Shown here in pieces: positions 56,407-64,000 of a stretch of DNA of 64,000 bases. A program made the position numbers and the translations under genes. Under the pieces are notes generated by a model that saw nothing but the letters and a program-made list of their open reading frames with translations, was not told where the DNA came from and searched no databases. Positions within the stretch are counted from its first letter, which is position 1, and every line of letters begins with the position of its first letter. Source of the stretch: Ranitomeya imitator (lineage: Eukaryota); NCBI RefSeq assembly GCF_032444005.1, contig NC_091283.1, positions 420,422,001 to 420,486,000 of the forward strand, read 5' to 3'.

Positions 56407-59400
56407 ATGGCGGGGATCTCTGGAAAATCCCTCAACGTTAGAGGGATTAAAACAAAACCCAGGAGGTTGGCGCTCTTTGAGTTTTTGTACACTTTGTCGG
56501 CATCAGTTATCTTCTTACAGGAATGCAATATTCCACACTCTTTAAATTATAATAAGTATAAAACAGATTGGACACATGGACCCTCAGTGTGGTCAGGATC
56601 AAATGAATCCAGGTCAGCAGGGGTCGCCATTCTTTTTAAAGGTAATGTTTTTATTGACTCAGTTCAGGAGGTTTTACCAGGCAGGATTTTATTGGTTAAA
56701 GCTTTTATTGATGGTTTTAAATGGCAGTTTTTAAATTTTTATGGATCTACTGAGAAAAATGAAAGAGCAAAAATGTTAGAAATGTTACCCCTTTTTATTA
56801 ATGATTCTGATCCTCTTATTTTAGCAGGTGATTTTAATTGTATTATGGGTGGGGAGAAAAGATTCTCCAATGCGGTAAGCAGAAACTACGATAAAACCTC
56901 TTTTATGCTCAGAAACGTTGTGCAGGATTTTAAACTTATCGATTGTTTCAAGGAATGCAATATGAATCTCCCTGCTGAAGAGTGGGTAACCTGGAGCAAT
57001 GTGAACTGTAGCTCCAGAATTGATTTTATTTTTTGTTCTAATTCCATACTGCCTTTTAAATGTGAGCTTTTAACCAATGTCTTTTCAGACCATAAACTTT
57101 TACTTTTTAATGTTAATTATGATGATTTTAAGAAAAAAGGTAAAAGTGCCTGGAAACTAAATGTCTCTCTCTTAGATGATCCAGAAATTTTAACCAGTTT
57201 TACGGAATTTTATACAAATTGTAAACAAACTAGAGATCCCCGTACCCCTATTAGTAGGTGGTGGGAAAAAATGAAGAAAAATATTAAAAATTTCTTTATT
57301 AAAGCTGGAGTACAAAAAGCTAAAGAAAAGAGAGAGATTTACAACCTCCTAAATACCCGACTGCAAACCCTCTATAAACTACGTGAGCACGACATTGATG
57401 TGGATAAAGATATTTGTAATCTTAAAACTGAAATATCAAGATGCTTGGAACAAAGGGGGAAGCAATTAATCTTTCACTCAAAAGTCAAGCATATAGAAGA
57501 GAATGAAACCTGTTCCCGTTATTTCTTTAAAAATATGGTCGGAAAAAGGGTATTTATTAATTCTTTGGAGGGAGAAAATGAAATAGAGGGAATTTTAAAT
57601 AAAGTCCACCAATTTTATGCTGACCTTTTTAATAAAAAAGTTATAGACAATAGTTTTATGGAAAGCTCTATGGAGGAAATCACAACCATTTTACACCCAG
57701 TGTCACAAAACTTTTTATTGCAGGACCTGAGCAAGGAAGAGGTGGCTGAAACAGTGAAAAGTTTTAAACCAGGAAAAGTCCCCGGGCCAGACGGTATCCC
57801 CATAGAATTTTATTCCAGTTTTTATGAGCTTTTACAAGAAGATCTTTTAAATATTTTAAGTGAGGTTTTTAATACAAAAACTCTCCCCACCTCTTGGAAA
57901 AAGGGTGAGGTTTCCCTTATATACAAAAAAGGGGACAAAACGGACATAAAAAATTGGAGACCAATAACCCTTTTAAACTGTGACTATAAAATAATGGCCA
58001 AAATTTGTGCAAACAGACTCAAAAAAGTGGTGGGAAACATAATACATCCTAACCAGGTCTGTGGTATACCAGAGAGAAGCATATGGGAAAACCTAAATTT
58101 AATTAAAGACATAATTGATGACACTAAATCAAGGGGAGGTGGAATGGCGGTCTTATCCCTTGATTTTGAGAAAGCTTTTGATAGAGTATCTCACGAGTTC
58201 CTTTTTAATGTTTTAAATAAAATGGGTATACCAGAAGGGTTTTTAGAGTCACTTAAGGCATTTTATAAAGATTGCACAAGCAAGATTGTGATAAATGGTT
58301 TTAAAACTAAAGACGTTGTTTTAAAATCTGGGGTTAAGCAGGGTTGTCCCCTGTCCCCACTTTTATTTATTTGTGCTCTTGAACCCCTGCTATGTGCCCT
58401 GAGGAGGGATAAACAAATCCGGGGAATCCCACTGCCTGGTGGAGGAGGTCTGGAGGCTAAAGTCACAGGGTATATGGATGATGTAGCCATAATATGCAGG
58501 GATTCTCCTTCTATACAAAAAGCCTTAAGGCAGGTGGAGTTTTTCTGCTGTGGGTCTGGTTTTAAATTAAATTTTAATAAAAGTTCTATTTTTAAGGTTG
58601 GCAATGTGGTTTTAACAGATATCCAAGTTCCTGAGAGGGACTCTGTTCAAGTTTTAGGTGTAATTTTTAATGAAGAAAATAAAGGCACAGAAAGCTGGAA
58701 TATGGTGGCTCAGAAGGTAAACCAAAAGCTGTGTATGTGGAATTTGAGAAAAATGACTATGGAGGGGAAAATTTTAATTATTAAAATGGTCATATTGCCG
58801 CTTTTATTATATTTAAGCCTGGTCTTCCCCCCTCCAAACGGCATTTTTAACAAAATAATTAAAGCTTGTTTTACCTTTTATTGGAGTTCCAAGATGGAAA
58901 AACTAAAAAGAGAGCTGGTGGTAAAATCCAAAGGTAATGGTGGCAAAGACTTCCCAGATTTTAGAGCTTTTGTTTTAATCCGTTTCTTTGTCCTGTGTTT
59001 TAATTCCCTTTTTAAAAATAGTTACTGGTCATATTTTATACGTTTTAACATTGGTTTTTTTATGAGACGCCTTGGGTGGTTTGAAACAGTTTTAAATTCC
59101 CCATATGCTTTTAACACACCCGAAAACTATAAAATCTTAGGTACCATTGTTAACACATATGACCTAAAGGGTATAAACACAGAGGCCCTAGGGGATAGCA
59201 AAAAGATCCTAAAGGGCCTCAAAGGAAAAGAACAAGTGACGCAGATTGGAAACTTTAATGATCCTAAGTGTTTAGAGATTTGGAAAAATGTTAATGCCTC
59301 GTATCTTTTTAATTCCCAGAAGGACCTGGCCTGGAGCTGTGTGCATGATTGTCTTCCATGCCGGGCATTCCAGCACCGAAGAGGACTCGTGAGATCCGCC

Positions 59401-59790
59401 AAGTGCCCAAGAGAGGACTGCCAAAGGGAAGAAACAGTGCTGCACATTCTTTGGACTTGTCAATTCACAAGAAAAATATGGACAAAATTTTTCCCTTTAC
59501 TCCAGAAAATAACTGATTTGAAAGACTTAAGTTTTGAGACTGTTTTGTTTGGATGCATGGAATGCCCCAACGCAACTAAGAGGATCATCGCATGGAAGAC
59601 AATCAGCACCATCAAAGAAGCTCTATGGAAGGCCAGGAACATCCTTCTTTTTAAACATGATGTTTTATCTGTGAAAGACGTTTTATCATTGGCTTTTAGT
59701 GAAATGTATATTTATTATTTATTGGACAAGAAAAAGAATCTTTTATTGTCAACGCAATGGATGGTAGAAGAGTGGAATACTATAATTTGA
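56407..59790 (+). CDS. E9 ORF2 APE-RT-CCHC (1127 aa, intact)
   Basis: As E4 ORF2. Confidence 0.97.
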   Translation: MAGISGKSLNVRGIKTKPRRLALFEFLYTLSASVIFLQECNIPHSLNYNKYKTDWTHGPSVWSGSNESRSAGVAILFKGNVFIDSVQEVLPGRILLVKAFIDGFKWQFLNFYGSTEKNERAKMLEMLPLFINDSDPLILAGDFNCIMGGEKRFSNAVSRNYDKTSFMLRNVVQDFKLIDCFKECNMNLPAEEWVTWSNVNCSSRIDFIFCSNSILPFKCELLTNVFSDHKLLLFNVNYDDFKKKGKSAWKLNVSLLDDPEILTSFTEFYTNCKQTRDPRTPISRWWEKMKKNIKNFFIKAGVQKAKEKREIYNLLNTRLQTLYKLREHDIDVDKDICNLKTEISRCLEQRGKQLIFHSKVKHIEENETCSRYFFKNMVGKRVFINSLEGENEIEGILNKVHQFYADLFNKKVIDNSFMESSMEEITTILHPVSQNFLLQDLSKEEVAETVKSFKPGKVPGPDGIPIEFYSSFYELLQEDLLNILSEVFNTKTLPTSWKKGEVSLIYKKGDKTDIKNWRPITLLNCDYKIMAKICANRLKKVVGNIIHPNQVCGIPERSIWENLNLIKDIIDDTKSRGGGMAVLSLDFEKAFDRVSHEFLFNVLNKMGIPEGFLESLKAFYKDCTSKIVINGFKTKDVVLKSGVKQGCPLSPLLFICALEPLLCALRRDKQIRGIPLPGGGGLEAKVTGYMDDVAIICRDSPSIQKALRQVEFFCCGSGFKLNFNKSSIFKVGNVVLTDIQVPERDSVQVLGVIFNEENKGTESWNMVAQKVNQKLCMWNLRKMTMEGKILIIKMVILPLLLYLSLVFPPPNGIFNKIIKACFTFYWSSKMEKLKRELVVKSKGNGGKDFPDFRAFVLIRFFVLCFNSLFKNSYWSYFIRFNIGFFMRRLGWFETVLNSPYAFNTPENYKILGTIVNTYDLKGINTEALGDSKKILKGLKGKEQVTQIGNFNDPKCLEIWKNVNASYLFNSQKDLAWSCVHDCLPCRAFQHRRGLVRSAKCPREDCQREETVLHILWTCQFTRKIWTKFFPLLQKITDLKDLSFETVLFGCMECPNATKRIIAWKTISTIKEALWKARNILLFKHDVLSVKDVLSLAFSEMYIYYLLDKKKNLLLSTQWMVEEWNTII

Positions 59791-60003
59791 ACGCTACCAT
59801 AAATGTAAATTATTGGCCGATGCTTGTATATTACTTGTTTTTACTGCATGTAACATTGGAAGAAAAAAAAAAAAAAATCTGATTGATAAGTTATAAATGC
59901 TTTAAATATGTAATACACTGTATACATACGTCTTTTATCTGTAATTGCTTTTAAAACTTTAATAAACGGGTGTACCTAAATGTGGGTACTTCCAAGTTAA
60001 AAA

Positions 60004-60154
60004 ATCTGTTCTTATCAGTTTAATATCTGATACGTCCCCTATTTGGGGACCATATATTAAATGGATTTTTAGAACAGGGAGCTGGAAATGGAGCTTGCTC
60101 TGTCCACTCCACGCATTGACCCGATATTGCAGTATCTTCGGGAACAGTGCACCC
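60004..60154 (+). ncRNA. RNU2: U2 snRNA 3' fragment (nt 38-188)
   Basis: Variant B sequence. Confidence 0.97.
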
Positions 60155-61169
60155 CTTCTCTGATCCGGTTTCTAAAAACAGATTGAATTGAATTGAAATC
60201 AGCACAGCAAGTTGTCATTTAACCCTTTCGGAGAATTCTTTTCAGGGTCAAAGAAGCACGTTTCAGATGGCAAATGTAGCAATTTGCTCAATTTCACTGG
60301 ACCGTTTGCAACATTTCCTGTGCCTTGCTTTCACCTGTGCATGTTCAGCATTGGATTGCATCCAATATGCAATCAATCAAGCAATCAAGCAATCTTTGCT
60401 GGTTGCAACAGGTGTGTTTAGATGTAGGCCCGAATGAGGCCTTTGTAGCAGTGTGGCTAATATATTGTGCCATCTACAAAATTAGGCCCCTGCTGTCTGT
60501 CTGTCTGTCAGTATGAAGTGTTTAAATTGAAGTATCCTACGAGTAGTTCGGCCATACATACTACATTTGTGACCGCATGCACAAATTCCTTTGTAAAACA
60601 TTGGCTCCCTCTTGTGGACCACAGACTTTTAATTATGTGGTGTATGATATGTATTTAAATAAAGAAGGAAAAATGGGGTGGGTCTGTGATGATCTTGCTT
60701 GAATGTGCTAGTCTTGTCCATCTTGTCTTGCACTGTGTGAGTAGTATTCTAATGCTTTTGACCAATTAGGTGCGCTGCTGCTGCCTGCAGTAGATAGAAT
60801 CTGTGCACGGAACCTTCACCTGCTGTCACAATGGGGCCTTCAGCCATTGACTCCGGAACTCTCACGTGTCACAATGGGCTCTGGACCTATCTAAGGCAGA
60901 GAAAAATGGCGCCGTCTTCAGTATGCTGCTGGAGCAGCAGCAGACCACATGGTAGGGGGATTGTCTGTCTGTGCCCAGCTTCAGGGCAGCTGGCAAGACA
61001 ACTGCTAGCCCGTCTGGTGTTTGAATTACACACTCGCTCTGCCCGTTTCTTGAATAGCCCTCTTTACCTTGACAAGTCAGCTGGTATGTCACTCTCCATC
61101 CATCAGGAGGAACGTTACCCCTTAGACCCCAGTCCAGTGCCTCTCACTTAGCCAAATCAGTTCTCTTGC

Positions 61170-61214
61170 TTCGCACTGACGAGGGCCAAGAGCCCTAAAC
61201 ACCGTGTCTGCAAA
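61170..61214 (+). ncRNA. Hammerhead fold, G12U, one stem I mismatch
   Basis: 3' strand of stem I reads TGCAAA. Confidence 0.68.
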
Positions 61215-61318
61215 TTGAGATGCTGTTGTTTTTTGTTTTTTTTGTAAAGGGGCAATTTGTAGACCTGCACTAATAGTTGCACTCTTTAGCGCAAAAGGGA
61301 TGGAGGGTGTGTTCAAAT

Positions 61319-61547
61319 GGGCGGAGTTATGCAGATTAGGCGGAGTTATGCAGATTTCAAAAACGCGTTGGGCCCAACTTGAACACACCCCCACACACCC
61401 CCCACACACACCAGAACTGCCATTTGAGAAGGCATCCAGAGTTTAGAAAAAAATGTCTTCCCCTGGGCAATCATCTTTTGGCCTCTCTCCACAGTGGGTC
61501 TTGGTTGCAGGCCATGGGGCGTCCGGAGTGGCAAACCATTTCAGGCT
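61319..61547 (+). promoter_or_regulatory. U2 promoter (DSE + PSE)
   Basis: Copy of 18601-18829. Confidence 0.85.
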
Positions 61548-61568
61548 ATCGCTTCTCGGCCTTTTGGC
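61548..61568 (+). ncRNA. RNU2: U2 snRNA 5' fragment (nt 1-21)
   Basis: Exact match, then degenerate ACGATCTGTAGT. Confidence 0.93.
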
Positions 61569-61782
61569 ACGATCTGTAGTGGATTGTGGCATTAGGCTAA
61601 TGGTGTGTGTAGTGAAAGTTCTGATTCTTGGCCTCGTGGAGATATCCCTTGCTGCTATTGGGAGTCGGTTTGGAAGCTGCAGTACCTTTTTTCCCGGAGG
61701 ACGGTGTGTTGGAGGTGGACCCGATCTGTGGAGGCTGCGATCGAATTGCTTGTTCCAGTGTAATCTGTGACCAAGAAGAAGA

Positions 61783-63333
61783 ATGGAGTCGAGGAGGTAT
61801 GGCGGAGGAGGGAGGTTTGAGAGAAATGAAGAAAACCTGGATTTTTTTTCGGAGGACTATCCCTTGAAGGATACTATTCGTTTTTTTGTTTCTCCTGGAT
61901 ACCGGCAGGTAAAGGATTCCGGTTATATTTATGAAAATATTTTTTCCCAGGTTTTGAAGGTAGAGAAAGGAGTATTTTTCTGCTTTCAGTCTTTTTACTC
62001 AAGGGGCATTTATGATGTGACTCTAGTGAGCAATGCCCTGTGTGAGACAGTGCTTTCTCTTTATGAAGCGAATAAGGAGAATGAAGTTTTTGAGGGGATA
62101 AAAGTAATCCCCTCTTTTCAGTTTTCAATGAAGTTACTGACAATACACATGTTTAGTCCGTTCATCTCTGAGCAGGAGGTGGAGTCTTACTTGTATCCTT
62201 TTTGTGATAAGGTGATCATGAAAAATACGGTAAAGACAAACTTTGGAGTCTGGAATGGTAAAAGGGTTTACCGTGTGTCTTTTAAAAAGGACCCAGAAGA
62301 AGAAGGTGGAGTTATGAGGCCTCCGCCGTCGGTGTTCATCAATCGATGTCGTGGCTATCTTTTTTTCTCAGGTATGCCTGATTACTGCAGGAAATGTCGG
62401 AAATATGGACATGGTGAAAGCAAGTGTAATCGGTGTCAGAGGTGCCCGACAGCTCATCAAGAGTCCGAATGTCCAAAAAATAAGGATAGCGCAGAGAAAA
62501 TGGATACATCTGCAGAGGAAGAAAAAACTAAAGCGGGTGAGGAGGAGAAAGAAGAAACAAAGGAGCAGGAAGTGGTGATTGAGATGAGTGATAAGGAAAA
62601 CGAAGAAAAACAAGGGAAAGAAGAAGAGGAGAAGAAGAATCTGGAGGAAAAAGGAAAATTAGAAGAGGAGATCGAGAAGAGAGAGGAAGAGAAGGAGACA
62701 GAAGAAGAAGAGAAGATGGAAGATAAGATTTTAGAAGACAAGAAGAAAGAAGAGAGAAGAAGAAAGGAGGAAGAAAGAAGAAGGAAGAGGGAAGAGGAAA
62801 GAATTAAGGGAGAGGAAGAAAGAAAGAGAACAGTAGAAAAAGTTAAAAAGAGGATGGAAGAGAATATAAGGAAGGGAGATGGTAAACAGATGATTGAAGG
62901 CATTGGAAGAATTGTGCAGAAGGCATTAGGAGTAGGTCCAAAGGAGGCGAGTAAGTTGCAGGCCTCTTTAAAAATTAAGGACCCCAAAGAAGAAAAGAGC
63001 GCTGAAGAAAAAAGAATAAGTAAGGGGACTGAAGGAAAACCTTTACTTACAGTAGATCCTTCGCCTCCATCTTCCTTGTCACAGAGCTTTCCAAGTGCAC
63101 AGGAGGAGATGGAGTGTCAAGCAAGGTCTTTAAAGAGAGGAGTAGAAAAAGATGTTGTGGAGGAGGTTCCCCATTGGGGAAAAATTAAAGCAGTAGAAGC
63201 AAAGAGTTCAGAGTTGATTGGAGAATTGTCATCGTCAGAAACATCAGCTGCTGAGGATTTGGTGATAGACTCAACTTCTCCAGCAGAAAATGAGGGCGAG
63301 GGGTTTAGCCCTATGTTGAAAACTAAAAGATGA
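61783..63333 (+). CDS. E10 ORF1 (516 aa) with reduced knuckle region and long E/K/R tract
   Basis: CRKCRKYGH, CQRCPTAH; N-terminal domain aligns by eye with other ORF1s (WNGKR, RGYLF). Confidence 0.88.
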   Translation: MESRRYGGGGRFERNEENLDFFSEDYPLKDTIRFFVSPGYRQVKDSGYIYENIFSQVLKVEKGVFFCFQSFYSRGIYDVTLVSNALCETVLSLYEANKENEVFEGIKVIPSFQFSMKLLTIHMFSPFISEQEVESYLYPFCDKVIMKNTVKTNFGVWNGKRVYRVSFKKDPEEEGGVMRPPPSVFINRCRGYLFFSGMPDYCRKCRKYGHGESKCNRCQRCPTAHQESECPKNKDSAEKMDTSAEEEKTKAGEEEKEETKEQEVVIEMSDKENEEKQGKEEEEKKNLEEKGKLEEEIEKREEEKETEEEEKMEDKILEDKKKEERRRKEEERRRKREEERIKGEEERKRTVEKVKKRMEENIRKGDGKQMIEGIGRIVQKALGVGPKEASKLQASLKIKDPKEEKSAEEKRISKGTEGKPLLTVDPSPPSSLSQSFPSAQEEMECQARSLKRGVEKDVVEEVPHWGKIKAVEAKSSELIGELSSSETSAAEDLVIDSTSPAENEGEGFSPMLKTKR

Positions 63334-64000
63334 TCCGTATGGCTTCCCTGAATGTTCAGGGGCTTAATGACTTGTACAAAAGGACAGCCTTGTATGATTA
63401 TTTTAATAATGAAAATCTTGATTTTATATTTCTACAAGAGTGCAATCTGACAAAGAAACTAAGTTATGATTATTTACGGGGGATATGGAATGGTAATTTT
63501 TGCTTCTCAGGGGGTAATGAATCAAAGAGTGATGGGGTGGGTTTTTTATGCTCTCGAGAGTGGGAAATTACCAACTATGAAGAAATATACCCAGGAAGGA
63601 TCTTAAGAGTAGATGTGGAAAAAGAGGGGAAGAAATTAAGGTGTTTTAATGTGTATGCTAATACTGATAAGGCTTTAAGGTTACATTTGTTTGAGATTTT
63701 GCAATTATTTTTACCTGGAGTGGATCCAATAATTCTAGGTGGAGATTTTAATTGCCGAGTAAAGAATATGAAGGATGGATCGTCTTCGTGCTTAAGAGGT
63801 ATTTTATCTGCTTTTAATCTTAAAGATGTTTGGTGGCTTAATGGACATAAAAGTGAATATGAAGTTACTTGGGTAGGGAGAGGTTTTTCCTCTAGGATAG
63901 ATTATGTTTTTATATCCGAGGCATTTACTTGTTCAGATTTTAAAACACATGAAACACCTTTTTCTGACCATAAAATTTTAGACTGTACATTAGCGTTTGA
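63330..64000 (+). CDS. E10 ORF2 (3'-partial), APE endonuclease domain
   Basis: MIRMASLNVQG, FLQEC, GGDFN, SRIDY, FSDH; ATG overlaps ORF1 stop (ATGA). Confidence 0.93.
   Translation, partial: MIRMASLNVQGLNDLYKRTALYDYFNNENLDFIFLQECNLTKKLSYDYLRGIWNGNFCFSGGNESKSDGVGFLCSREWEITNYEEIYPGRILRVDVEKEGKKLRCFNVYANTDKALRLHLFEILQLFLPGVDPIILGGDFNCRVKNMKDGSSSCLRGILSAFNLKDVWWLNGHKSEYEVTWVGRGFSSRIDYVFISEAFTCSDFKTHETPFSDHKILDCTLAF

Larger units (their letters stand above)
54672..60003 (+). mobile_element. E9: full-length Tx1/Keno-like element, both ORFs intact (same family as E4)
   Basis: Near-identical to E4 with scattered substitutions. Confidence 0.95.
1..64000 (+). repeat. Tandem U2 snRNA gene array, every unit interrupted by a Tx1/Keno-like retrotransposon (unit ~6.4-8.7 kb)
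   Basis: Nine U2 5' fragments and nine U2 3' fragments, each with near-identical spacer and promoter, alternate with ten elements. Confidence 0.97.
61569..64000 (+). mobile_element. E10: Tx1/Keno-like element, 3' part outside window
   Basis: 5' UTR motif, ORF1, start of APE domain. Confidence 0.93.

Overview
Vertebrate genomic DNA (snRNA promoter elements look amphibian-like; inference). It is a tandem U2 snRNA gene array in which every visible U2 copy is split at the same site (before U2 nt 38, ATCTGTTC) by a ~5 kb Tx1-clade (Keno-like) non-LTR retrotransposon. There are ten elements (E1-E10), all on +, from eight distinct families (E4=E9 and E5=E6 are near-identical pairs). Each has a zinc-knuckle ORF1 and an APE-endonuclease/RT/CCHC ORF2. 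Unit layout: U2 promoter (GC-box/octamer DSE, PSE), U2 nt 1 to ~22-37, element, A-tail, U2 nt 38-188, 3' box, ~1.2 or ~1.4 kb spacer. No intact U2 gene is present. One spacer holds a Tc1 transposon with 200-bp TIRs. Four RNA structures were found by hand: (1) a covarying stem/internal-loop motif (GGCCU/UGCUGCUAUW) in the 5' UTR of six families; (2) a downstream segment antisense to the U2 5' end; (3) a box C/D kink-turn hairpin at the 3' end of the three G+T-rich families; (4) a type I hammerhead ribozyme fold with a G12U change in all seven long spacers. All functional interpretations of these are untested.
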